DNA of 13,862 bases from Candidatus Methylomirabilales bacterium (GCA_046758505.1 JBHIAH010000070.1:1-13862), one strand, 5' to 3'; counted from the stretch's first letter, positions 1 to 7,855 are shown. Made by a program: numbers and translations. The notes: generated by a model from the sequence alone, not told the origin.

Positions 1-881
1 TTGAACTGGCGGTAGCGGGTCTCGATCTCGGGGTAGGTGAGACGCTGAAGGCGCTGGAGCGAGAACGCCTCCACGGCAAAGGAGGCCATCACCGAGCCCA
101 TGATGACGGCCCGGCGGAGATTTGACTCATCGAAATTCTGCGTACTGGCCAGAAAGCCCAGGAAGCCCCCCGCGAAGGCATCGCCCGCCCCGGTCGGGTC
201 GTAGACATTCTCCAGGGGGAGGGCGGGGGCAGCGAACCATCCCCCGTTGGAGAAGCTGAGTGCCCCGTATTCCCCCCGCTTGATGACCAGCGAGCGGGGG
301 CCCCAGGCCAGGATCGTCTTGGCCGCCCGGACCAGGTTCGGCTCTTCGGCCAACATCCGGGCCTCGGCATCATTGATCATGAGGATCTGGACATGCTCGA
401 GGGTCTGCCGGAGCGCCTCGGGCTTCCCCTGAATCCAAAAGTTCATGGTATCGGCGGCGACGAGGCGGGGGGAGCGAACCTGGGTCAGGACCTCCCGTTG
501 CAGCTCGGGATCGATGTTGGCCAGGAACACCACGTCTCGCTCCCGGTAGGCGTCGGGGAGCCGCGGGTGAAACTCTGCGAAGACGTTGAGCTGGGTCTCC
601 AGGGTCTTCGCCTCGTTGAGGTCAAAGCCGTACTCCCCCTGCCACCGAAAGGTCCGGCCGGGGCGCCGCTCCACCCCGGCGAGATCGACCTCTCGCCCCT
701 TCAGAAACTCCAGGCCATCGAGCGGGAAGTCCTCGCCCACGACCGCCACCACGCCGACGGGGGCAAAGAAGCTGGCACTCGAGGCAAAGTACGTCGCCGA
801 GCCCCCCAGGACCTCCTTCGCCTCGCCAAAGGGGGTCTTGACCGTGTCAAAGGCCATCGAGCCGACTACCAGGATTTGCAT
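1..881 (-). CDS. PfkB/ribokinase-family carbohydrate or nucleoside kinase (3' end truncated by window edge)
   Basis: Not in the ORF track because no stop falls in the window. Hand translation from ATG at 881 gives MQILVVGSMAFDTVKTPFGEAKEVLGGSATYF..., and the C-terminal PfkB signature DPTGAGDAFAGG lies near 170-205. SD-like GGAGGGGA is just upstream. Confidence 0.9.
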   Translation of the reverse strand, partial: MQILVVGSMAFDTVKTPFGEAKEVLGGSATYFASSASFFAPVGVVAVVGEDFPLDGLEFLKGREVDLAGVERRPGRTFRWQGEYGFDLNEAKTLETQLNVFAEFHPRLPDAYRERDVVFLANIDPELQREVLTQVRSPRLVAADTMNFWIQGKPEALRQTLEHVQILMINDAEARMLAEEPNLVRAAKTILAWGPRSLVIKRGEYGALSFSNGGWFAAPALPLENVYDPTGAGDAFAGGFLGFLASTQNFDESNLRRAVIMGSVMASFAVEAFSLQRLQRLTYPEIETRYRQF

Positions 882-906
882 CTCCCCTCCTTCTCCGCTA
901 CGAAGC

Positions 907-1773
907 TCACCCCTCCAGATACTTGCCGATCAAGAGCCAGAGCTTCTTCTTGGCGGCCTCGGAGATGGCCTGGGGGGCGGTGATGATGGCGTTCTTGAGG
1001 GCCCGGGAGCAGCCGCAGGGCCGCTCCGGCCGGATCATCGGGATCACGCGCCCGATGATGGCCTTGGCGGTCGCCACGTTCTTGTGCAGGATGGCGATCA
1101 CCTTTTCCACAGTCACATCCTCTTCCGCCTCGTGCCAGACATCGTAGTCGGTGACGAGCGCCATGGTAGCATAGCAGATCTCCGCCTCCCGGCTCAGTTT
1201 GGCCTCTTGCAGGTTCGTCATCCCGATCACGTCCACGCCCCAGCTCCGGTAGATCCGGGACTCCGCCCGCGTCGAGAACTGCGGACCCTCCATGCAGAGA
1301 TAGGTCCCCCCCCGGTGGACCGTCGCCCCGACCTCCTGGCCGGCACCGGCGACCAGCCCGCTCAGGTGGGGACAGACCGGATCGGCGAAGCTCACGTGGA
1401 CCACCAGTCCATCCCCAAAGAAGGTGCTTACCCTCGCCCTGGTCCGGTCAAAGAACTGATCGGGGACGACGATATCCAGCGGCCGGATGGCCTCCCGCAT
1501 GCTCCCCACCGCCGAGGCCGAGATGATCCACTGGGCCCCCAACGCCTTGAACCCATAGATGTTCGCCCGAAAGTTGAGCTCGGAGGGGAGCAGCCGGTGT
1601 CCCCGACCGTGCCGGGCCAGAAAGGCGACCGGGTGCCCACCCAGGCGACCGATGACATAGGCGTCGGAGGGATCACCGAAGGGGGTCGTGACCCGTTCCT
1701 CGCGGACATCCGACAGGCCCTCCATCTCGTAGAGGCCGCTCCCCCCGATGATGCCGATCACGGGCTCCGCCAT
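907..1773 (-). CDS. mtnP: S-methyl-5'-thioadenosine phosphorylase (MTAP)
   Basis: Motifs IGIIGGSGLY, TPFGDPS, LARHGRGH, MEGPQFSTRAES, IGMT and the MTAP-type TDYD. Confidence 0.93.
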   Translation of the reverse strand: MAEPVIGIIGGSGLYEMEGLSDVREERVTTPFGDPSDAYVIGRLGGHPVAFLARHGRGHRLLPSELNFRANIYGFKALGAQWIISASAVGSMREAIRPLDIVVPDQFFDRTRARVSTFFGDGLVVHVSFADPVCPHLSGLVAGAGQEVGATVHRGGTYLCMEGPQFSTRAESRIYRSWGVDVIGMTNLQEAKLSREAEICYATMALVTDYDVWHEAEEDVTVEKVIAILHKNVATAKAIIGRVIPMIRPERPCGCSRALKNAIITAPQAISEAAKKKLWLLIGKYLEG

Positions 1774-1774
1774 C

Positions 1775-3178
1775 TCAGCCTCCCACGAGCAGGAGAAGCG
1801 GTCGCCTGGAGCGAGGAGGCGGGACGGACTGCGCCCCCGGCACCCGACCGAGCAGCATGCCGCCCGGATCGAGGTCGTCGACCCGCACCGCTTCCAGCCT
1901 CCCTTTCAGGGCATCCAGCCCCTCACAGAGGACGCCGAGGTAGTTGTCGCTCACGCCCTGAAGGAAGCCGGTTTGCTTGTCCCGCTCTTCCAGAATCACC
2001 ACCGACAGCGTCCGCCCTAGAAAGCCCTGCTTGAAGGCAAGAAACTTCCGCGCCCCAAGCTCGCGCAGAATCCGGTTCCGGCGGGCCTTCGCCTTCGGGG
2101 GGACCTGGCCCGGCATCGCCGCCGCCCTGGTGCCGGACCGGCGGGAATAGGTAAAGACGTGGAAGTAGCTCACCGGAAGTTCCTCCAGCACCGCGCGGGT
2201 CCTTTCGAACGCAGCCTCGCTCTCGCCGGGAAAGCCCACGATGACGTCCACCCCAATGGCGATCCCCGGCACCTCGTGGGAGAGGCGCGTCACCACCTCC
2301 CGGAAGTGCCGGGCCCGGTAGCTCCGGGCCATCCGTCGGAGCACGTCGTCATCTGCGCTCTGCAAGGCCAGGTGGACATGGCGGCACAGACGAGACGAGC
2401 CGCCCATGAGTCGAACCATCTCCGGTCCCACCTCGTGGGGATGGAGCGAACTCAACCGGATCCGCGGGATCGCCGTCTCGTCCAGCAGGCGTCGCAGGAG
2501 CGCCGTCAGCGAGGTTCGGGGCCTCAGATCCCAGCCGTAAGTGCCCAGATTGATCCCGGTGAGCACCAGCTCGGGATGCCCCGCGGCGGCGAGGCGCCGG
2601 CCTTCCTTCACGACCTCATCGGGGGGAAGACTCCGGTTGGGGCCCCGGACCGCCGGGATGATACAGAAGGTGCAGGCAAAGTTACACCCGTCCTGAATCT
2701 TCAGGAAGGGACGGGTCCGATCCGGCCTCTCCGGCGCCGGCGCGGCCTGAAACGTGCGGACCGCGCCGATCTCGCCGACGCAGGTTCGGGCCGTGTTCTT
2801 CCCCTGCTGCTCGGCGTCAGTACCGAGGTCCCCGGCATCCCAGGCGGCACTTCGCAGATGCCGCATCAGCTCCATCTTCTCGGCATTGCCCAGGATCAGA
2901 TCGACCCCCTCCACGGCCGCGACCCGCTCGGGAGCGGCCTGGGCATAACAGCCGGTGACCACGACAAAACCCGTGGGGTTGCGCCGGATTGCCTGGCGGA
3001 TGAGACGCCGCGCATCGGCGTCGGCCCGCTCGGTCACCGTGCAGGTGTTGATGACGAAGACCTCGGCCGGATCGGTGAACGGGACCGGGATGAATCCCGC
3101 CTTCCGCGCCTGGTCCGCCATGATGTCGGTCTCGAACTGGTTCTGCCGGCACCCGAGCGTGGTGAAGGCTATTCGCAT
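1775..3178 (-). CDS. mtaB: tRNA t6A37 methylthiotransferase (radical SAM, UPF0004 family), MtaB type
   Basis: N-terminal Cys triad (LGCRQN, NTCTVT, TGCYAQ), radical-SAM CNFACTFC, MtaB-like HVFTYSRRSGTRAA and a C-terminal TRAM-like region. Confidence 0.9.
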   Translation of the reverse strand: MRIAFTTLGCRQNQFETDIMADQARKAGFIPVPFTDPAEVFVINTCTVTERADADARRLIRQAIRRNPTGFVVVTGCYAQAAPERVAAVEGVDLILGNAEKMELMRHLRSAAWDAGDLGTDAEQQGKNTARTCVGEIGAVRTFQAAPAPERPDRTRPFLKIQDGCNFACTFCIIPAVRGPNRSLPPDEVVKEGRRLAAAGHPELVLTGINLGTYGWDLRPRTSLTALLRRLLDETAIPRIRLSSLHPHEVGPEMVRLMGGSSRLCRHVHLALQSADDDVLRRMARSYRARHFREVVTRLSHEVPGIAIGVDVIVGFPGESEAAFERTRAVLEELPVSYFHVFTYSRRSGTRAAAMPGQVPPKAKARRNRILRELGARKFLAFKQGFLGRTLSVVILEERDKQTGFLQGVSDNYLGVLCEGLDALKGRLEAVRVDDLDPGGMLLGRVPGAQSVPPPRSRRPLLLLVGG

Positions 3179-3645
3179 GGAACACCCCCGTGCAGGACCC
3201 GGTCAAGGGCTTCCAGGTTCAGGACATCGTCCCGATTGTACTCGAGCAGGGTCATCAGGGCGTCGCGATCCTGTGCCGTCTCGTACCGGTGCCACAGCCG
3301 CATAGCCTCGATCCCGTCGACCCCCCGAGTCCTCCGCGGGATCTCGAGCTGCTCCTCGACCCGCTTGAGACCCCCGTAAAGGTTCCGCCGCCAGCAGTCG
3401 TACATGAGGTCATGGCAGGTAAAGGAGGCGCGGAGGTCGAGGCCCAGATGGCGGCGAATCACCGGAAGATCGAACCGACTTCCGTTATACGTGCAGACCA
3501 CCTCAATACCCTCCAGGGCCTTCCACAGGGCGAGCTCCGAGACGCCGCCCCCGACGAGCTGCACGAGCCCCCGGTCCCCGGCACACAGGCCGATGACGGT
3601 GATCTCTCCGAGAAAGGAGGTCTCGATGTCCAGATACGCCTTCAC
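3169..3645 (-). CDS. RNase H-like / DEDD 3'-5' exonuclease domain protein (RNase_H_2, YprB-like)
   Basis: Motifs YLDIET, TYNGSRFDLP, GGLKRVE and YNRDDV. GTG start at 3645 with GGGAG 7 nt upstream. Its end overlaps the mtaB start. Confidence 0.85.
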   Translation of the reverse strand: MKAYLDIETSFLGEITVIGLCAGDRGLVQLVGGGVSELALWKALEGIEVVCTYNGSRFDLPVIRRHLGLDLRASFTCHDLMYDCWRRNLYGGLKRVEEQLEIPRRTRGVDGIEAMRLWHRYETAQDRDALMTLLEYNRDDVLNLEALDRVLHGGVPCE

Positions 3646-3667
3646 TCCCGGGCTCCCGCGAGGACCC

Positions 3668-3684
3668 ACGTTACCACAATTCTA
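3668..3684 (-). promoter_or_regulatory. Candidate -10 elements for the exonuclease-mtaB-mtnP-pfkB operon
   Basis: Minus strand reads TAGAAT (3684-3679) and extended TGG-TAACGT (3676-3668). No clear -35. Confidence 0.35.
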
Positions 3685-3929
3685 GTCGAGAGTGGAGAGG
3701 TAAGAGTCGGGGGTGGAGGGTGGGACGATTTCGAATTGCGGATTCCGAATTTGGGATTTAGAAAACCGGTCATCTGTCACCGGTCGTCGGTCATCGCTAA
3801 TGAGTGTGGAGGGTTGAGAGGTAACAGCGATTGCGGATCGCGGATTGCGAATTTGAGACAAGCGCCGCTTCAATCCGAAATTCGAAATTCGCAATTCGAA
3901 ATCCGACATTCTCAGCCGTCATCGGCTTG

Positions 3930-3948
3930 CGGTGAGCCTGTCGAACCG
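3930..3948. repeat. Short palindromic REP-like unit CGGT-GAGCCTGTCGA-ACCG
   Basis: A 4-bp arm palindrome around a GAGCCTGTCGAA core. It resembles, from memory, the widespread CCTGAGCCTGTCGAAGG-type palindromic repeats. Confidence 0.55.
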
Positions 3949-3999
3949 TCGCCGGCTGTCAGTCCCAGACCAGGTTGACGGTTCATAGTTCATGGTTCA

Positions 4000-4008
4000 T
4001 GGTAGAAT
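4000..4008 (+). promoter_or_regulatory. Extended -10 promoter for the ychF-like gene
   Basis: TG-G-TAGAAT at 4000-4008, about 100 nt upstream of ATG 4111. Confidence 0.5.
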
Positions 4009-4110
4009 ACAAGGACCGATGACAACGGTTCGTTGGTTCCTGATTGCGGACTGCTGACGGCTGCTCTCATCGGTCATCGGTCATCGGTCGTCGAAAGCGG
4101 AGCGCCACCC

Positions 4111-5187
4111 ATGCAGATAGGGATCACCGGACTGCCGCGCGCCGGGAAGAGCACCGTCTTTCACCTCCTCACCGGGGAGCACGCCGCTCCGACGAAGGCC
4201 CCGGGGCCGACGGTGGGAATCGCCAAGGTGACCGAGCACCGCCTGGACCGCCTGGCAGAGATTTTCCACCCCAAAAAGGTCACCCCCGTCACCGCCGAAT
4301 GCCTCGACTTTCCGCCGCTGACCCGAGCGGGAAAAGGGAGCGATGTCGAAGGATCCCTCATGGCCGACCTCCGGCAGGTGGACCTGATCCTGCACGTGGT
4401 CCGCCACTTCGAGGATGCGCGCGTGCCTCATGAAGAGGGGACGGTCGATCCGGTACGGGATATGGCCCTTCTCGACACCCTCTTGCTCCTCGCCGATCTC
4501 GACGTCATGGAAAAGCGGATCCAGCGGATCACCGAGGACGTGCGCAAGGGTCGAAAGGAGGCCGGCCGGGAGGAACTGCCCCTCCTGGAGCAGTGCCGGG
4601 AGTGGCTGACGAACGAACAGAACCTCCGGGAGATGGCGGTGACGGCCGAGGCAGCAAAGAGCCTTCGGGGCTACGCCCCCCTCACCCTCAAACCGCTCTT
4701 GCTCCTCCTCAACATCGGCGAGGAACAGATCGGGACAGCGGATCCGGTCTGGGAGCATATCCAGGAAAGGGCGGCAAAGCCCCGGACCGGCTGCGCCCGC
4801 CTCCCGGCCAAGACCGAGTGGGAACTCTGTCAGTTGACCGCGGAAGAGGCCGAGGAGTTCTCCCGAGCGCTGGGGGTCGAGGCCTTCGAATACCCCTCGC
4901 TGCTCCGCCGATGCCTCGACCTGATGGACCTGATCACCTTCTTTACCGTGGTCGGCGAGGAACTGCGGGCCTGGGCGGTCCCCCGGGGGGCCACCGCCCT
5001 CGAGGCGGCCGGAACGATCCACACCGACATGGCGCGAGGCTTCATCAAGGCCGAGGTCATTCCCTTCCAGGACCTTGAGGCCTCGGGCTCGATGGCCGCG
5101 GCCAGAAAGCACGGGCTGCTACGGCTCGAGGGAAAGGGATACAGGGTTCAGGACGGGGATATTCTGACGATGCGGTTCAGCGGCTGA
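4111..5187 (+). CDS. ychF: YchF/Ola1-like P-loop ATPase with C-terminal DUF933/TGS domain (divergent paralog type)
   Basis: GITGLPRAGKST P-loop, PHEEGTVDP, LTLKP, LITFFTV, AAGTIHTDMARGFIKAEV and RLEGKGYRVQDGDI. ATG 4111 has GGAG at 4099-4102. Confidence 0.88.
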   Translation: MQIGITGLPRAGKSTVFHLLTGEHAAPTKAPGPTVGIAKVTEHRLDRLAEIFHPKKVTPVTAECLDFPPLTRAGKGSDVEGSLMADLRQVDLILHVVRHFEDARVPHEEGTVDPVRDMALLDTLLLLADLDVMEKRIQRITEDVRKGRKEAGREELPLLEQCREWLTNEQNLREMAVTAEAAKSLRGYAPLTLKPLLLLLNIGEEQIGTADPVWEHIQERAAKPRTGCARLPAKTEWELCQLTAEEAEEFSRALGVEAFEYPSLLRRCLDLMDLITFFTVVGEELRAWAVPRGATALEAAGTIHTDMARGFIKAEVIPFQDLEASGSMAAARKHGLLRLEGKGYRVQDGDILTMRFSG

Positions 5188-5902
5188 CCTCTTCACGCGA
5201 CAGGTCCTCCGGCGAGGCTTCGGCAAACAGGTGCTGGTCGTCGGGCCCAATGATTCCCCCCGAGATGATCATCTTCACCGCTTCATCCACCGTGATATTC
5301 AGGTACACCACCTCTTTCTCCGGCACCAAGAGAAAAAACCCGGAGGTCGGGTTGGGCGAGGTTGGCAGGAAGACGGTGACGGCGCGATCGGATCGATCCG
5401 GGAGATCAAATTGGCGACGGCTGGTCACGAAGCAGAGGCTATGGATTCCCTTCCGAGGGTACTCGATCATCGCCACCCGCTGAAAAGCGGCATCTTTCGC
5501 CGTCACGAGATCGATAAGCTGCCGGATCGAACCGTAAATCCCCCGCACCACGGGAATCCGACTAAAGACGATCTCCGCCTTCTGAAAGATGCGCTGGCTG
5601 AAGAGGGTCCCGGTCACCCCCACCATGATAATCAGGCCGACGGTGACGAGCACGCTCACCAGGGTGGCCAGGGGGTCCACCATCTCCGTTCCCACGACCT
5701 TGCGAAGAATCACCCCGAGGATCGGGGAAAGGAATCCCCCCACCAGGCTGAAGAGGATCCAGACGATGTACAGGGTGAGGACGGACGGCAGGACAATGAC
5801 CAATCCGGTGACGAAGTAGCGCCGCAGGGAGGTCAGGGTGGTCTGATACTCCTTGTTCCGCCTGTCCACGAAAATCCTTCCTTCGGCTTCCCCGGCCGAC
5901 AT
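5177..5902 (-). CDS. DUF502 family membrane protein (COV1-like)
   Basis: Two hydrophobic helices plus RIPVVRGIY, IEYPRKG, VFLPTSPNPTSGF and KMIISGG. The start could instead be the GTG near 5869. Its 3' end overlaps that of ychF by 11 bp. Confidence 0.9.
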   Translation of the reverse strand: MSAGEAEGRIFVDRRNKEYQTTLTSLRRYFVTGLVIVLPSVLTLYIVWILFSLVGGFLSPILGVILRKVVGTEMVDPLATLVSVLVTVGLIIMVGVTGTLFSQRIFQKAEIVFSRIPVVRGIYGSIRQLIDLVTAKDAAFQRVAMIEYPRKGIHSLCFVTSRRQFDLPDRSDRAVTVFLPTSPNPTSGFFLLVPEKEVVYLNITVDEAVKMIISGGIIGPDDQHLFAEASPEDLSREEVSR

Positions 5903-6130
5903 TTCAGTACATATTATTACATATTAATGATACACGACACAGGGTTATGGGCGAGCCCATAGGAACCCATTTCATCCCGACGCAGGACGAGACGAAACGC
6001 GCGTGTCCCAGATGATAACCCCCGCCGACTCCCGGCTCTTCCCGGCCTCCTCTCTTCCGCGGCCTTCAGGGAGCGGTACGATCCCCCGAAAACGACCCTG
6101 CGCGCCCAGGGACCTCTTGGGGCCGCCTTT

Positions 6131-6160
6131 CTTGTACCAACTCGGGGAGCATACTGTCAA
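6131..6160 (-). promoter_or_regulatory. Sigma70-like promoter facing the DUF502 gene
   Basis: TTGACA (6160-6155), an 18-bp spacer ending TGG, then TACAAG (6136-6131). Confidence 0.45.
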
Positions 6161-6181
6161 GGCTTCCAGGCATGACCAAAT

Positions 6182-7115
6182 GGGGTCAGGTCTTGAATCT
6201 TGACATCTCTTAATTCGCCCTACTCACCAGTCTGCTAATGGTTGAATAGTGCACCCCCAGAAAGTCGGCAACTTCCCTCTGGGCATATCCATACCGCTCC
6301 ACCGCCTCGACGATTTTCCGGTCCCTGCCCGCTTTCTCGTCACGCACCTTCTTTGGTAACAGCTTCACAAGGGCGGGCCGCGTCACGAAGCGCTGGCTTC
6401 GGGGGATCTCCTTGATCTCTTCACGCCCCCTGACATACTCGATCAACCTCTCCACAAAGTGCTCCTTGCCCAGGAGGCTTTGGCCCTTTACCTGCTTCCA
6501 GATGCTTTCCGCCCCCCTCCCCGCCTTCACAAAGGCTCTGTACTGTTGTTCGGCCTCGAGGCGCTTCTTACCAAATTGGCCCAGAACCCAGTCTCTCGTC
6601 AGGCACGGGTGTGGCTTCCCAAGCCCCACCGTCCCCCTATAGCTGCTCCACTTCCACTGCTCCGGTCGTTCCACGGCCCGGGCCCGAACCGGATTCAACA
6701 CCACGTATCGGCAGACCTCCAGCAAATGGCTTTCCTTTTGCACCAGAATGGCCGTATATCGGCCCTGAAAGAGGTGGCCACTTCGGTGGTGCCGCCAATT
6801 GTAGCTTTGCGTATAGACCCCATTGAGCTGCCGCATCCCGTTGGCGAGGTTCCCCTCGGGGGTCTCAACCACCAGGTGATAATGATTGTTCATGAGGCAA
6901 TAGGCATGACACAGCCACCGGTATCGGTCGGTGACCCGTTTGAGCGTCGCGAGAAACCGGCGGCGGTCCTGGTCATCTTTAAAGATGGATTGCCGCGCGT
7001 TCCCCCGCGAGGTAACGTGATACAATGCGCCTGGATATTCTATCCGCAGTGGTCTCGCCATGCAGAACACCTATCTGGTCGCAGGGTGGGATGTCAAGAT
7101 TCAAGACCTGACCCC
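6182..7115. mobile_element. RAYT-type element: transposase bounded by perfect 26-bp inverted repeats
   Basis: GGGGTCAGGTCTTGAATCTTGACATC at 6182-6207 and its exact reverse complement at 7090-7115. No flanking target-site duplication is seen. Confidence 0.85.
6210..7061 (-). CDS. REP-associated tyrosine transposase (Y1/HUH, IS200-like) with C-terminal HTH
   Basis: MARPLRIEYPGALYHVTSRGN, HUH motif NHYHL, GHLFQGRY, YVVLNPVRA, WKWSSY and C-terminal HTH YAQREVADFLGVHYSTISRLV. Confidence 0.92.
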   Translation of the reverse strand: MARPLRIEYPGALYHVTSRGNARQSIFKDDQDRRRFLATLKRVTDRYRWLCHAYCLMNNHYHLVVETPEGNLANGMRQLNGVYTQSYNWRHHRSGHLFQGRYTAILVQKESHLLEVCRYVVLNPVRARAVERPEQWKWSSYRGTVGLGKPHPCLTRDWVLGQFGKKRLEAEQQYRAFVKAGRGAESIWKQVKGQSLLGKEHFVERLIEYVRGREEIKEIPRSQRFVTRPALVKLLPKKVRDEKAGRDRKIVEAVERYGYAQREVADFLGVHYSTISRLVSRAN

Positions 7116-7124
7116 GTGGAGGGG

Positions 7125-7200
7125 TGGTGGGCGGTACTGGGATCGAACCAGTGACCTCTGCCGTGTGAAGACAGCGCTCTCCCGGCTGAGCTAACCGCCC
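7125..7200 (-). tRNA. tRNA-Val, anticodon CAC, CCA encoded
   Basis: GGGCGGT/ACCGCCC acceptor stem, GCTC/GAGC D-arm, CTGTC-TTCACAC-GGCAG anticodon arm, ACTGG-TTCGATC-CCAGT T-arm and ACCA end; 76 nt. Confidence 0.97.
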
Positions 7201-7234
7201 ACGCGCCTGAATGGTAAGACCGGTCGGGAGCCTT

Positions 7235-7263
7235 ACACTAGCGCAAGCCGCCAATCCCGTCAA
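7235..7263 (-). promoter_or_regulatory. Sigma70 promoter of tRNA-Val
   Basis: TTGACG (7263-7258), 17 bp, TAGTGT (7240-7235), about 35 nt upstream of the tRNA. Confidence 0.7.
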
Positions 7264-7299
7264 GCCCATACAGTCGAGCAGCCGGCAATCGGGAGCCCC

Positions 7300-7328
7300 T
7301 TGACACCGACCGCGACTTGGGCGATACT
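7300..7328 (+). promoter_or_regulatory. Sigma70-like promoter, divergent from the tRNA, facing the PilZ gene
   Basis: TTGACA (7300-7305), 17 bp, GATACT (7323-7328). Confidence 0.5.
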
Positions 7329-7510
7329 CCAGCCGTCCGCGGGGGAACCGGCCATGCAACATGGGGAGCACACGGCCACGGGCCACCCTTCGCCGGAACG
7401 GTGAACGCATCTCACCGAGGCGCCTCCTTGGGTGTAGGTCTATCCAGGAGGGTCGTTCTGTTATCTCCCAAAAGCAAGGCCCACAATCGCAATCATACGG
7501 AGTCGTCCGC

Positions 7511-7855
7511 GTGCGGCGGGTGAAGAAGGAGAGGCGATGCCATCCCAGATGGGTGGTCGGGGGCCGGTTTGCGGCCCGGATGGCCCGTGTCCATGAGGCC
7601 AACCTCATCAATATCAGCACGGCGGGAGCCCTCGTCGAACACGTCCACCCCGTCCGGCCCGGGACCACCCTGTTCCTCAGCCTCTCGCTGAGCGAGCAGG
7701 AAGTCGGCCTGATGTGCCGAGTCGTCCGATCGAGGGCCCACCGATGCGAAACTGGAAGCTCCGGAGAGCGTGACCTGATCTACCGAACGGGCCTCGAGTT
7801 TCTGGGCACCCTAGAGCCCGTCCCGCGGCAAGGAGACGCGGCGCGGAGCGCGTAG
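7511..7855 (+). CDS. Stand-alone PilZ-domain (c-di-GMP-binding) protein
   Basis: RxxxR (ERRCHPR), [DN]xSxxG (NISTAG), CRVVR and terminal GLEF. GTG 7511 has GGAG 8 nt upstream; the ORF is open from 7361. Confidence 0.82.
   Translation: MRRVKKERRCHPRWVVGGRFAARMARVHEANLINISTAGALVEHVHPVRPGTTLFLSLSLSEQEVGLMCRVVRSRAHRCETGSSGERDLIYRTGLEFLGTLEPVPRQGDAARSA

Larger units (their letters stand above)
3685..4092. repeat. Mosaic heptamer tandem-repeat region 1
   Basis: GTyGAGA-like x6 (3685-3726); RATTKCG x5 (3727-3761); GGTCRTC x4 (3768-3795); RATTKCG x4 (3829-3856) facing CGMAATY x5 (3876-3910); RGTTCAT x4 (3973-4000); ACKGCTG units (~4050-4063); GGTCRTC x3 (4072-4092). Confidence 0.9.

Noticed and set aside
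3682..3909. Small ORFs across repeat regions (also 7924-8205, 9143-9397, 13073-13339)
   Set aside because: Their translations simply reflect heptamer units (IRNPQFEI, DDRRPMT); no independent coding evidence.
393..3978. Long plus-strand ORFs (393-983, 586-2034, 2159-3379, 3190-3978)
   Set aside because: Antisense shadows of well-supported minus-strand genes in high-GC DNA.
5985..6020. Hammerhead ribozyme (GAAAC...GTC...CAGATGA)
   Set aside because: The core would need CTGATGA, and the flanking stems do not form.
7116..7200. tRNA-Val as attB of an integrase island
   Set aside because: No duplicated tRNA 3' end and no integrase seen in the window.
7329..7510. c-di-GMP riboswitch upstream of pilZ
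   Set aside because: The class I consensus elements (GGCAAA.. / CGCAAAG) were not found by eye.
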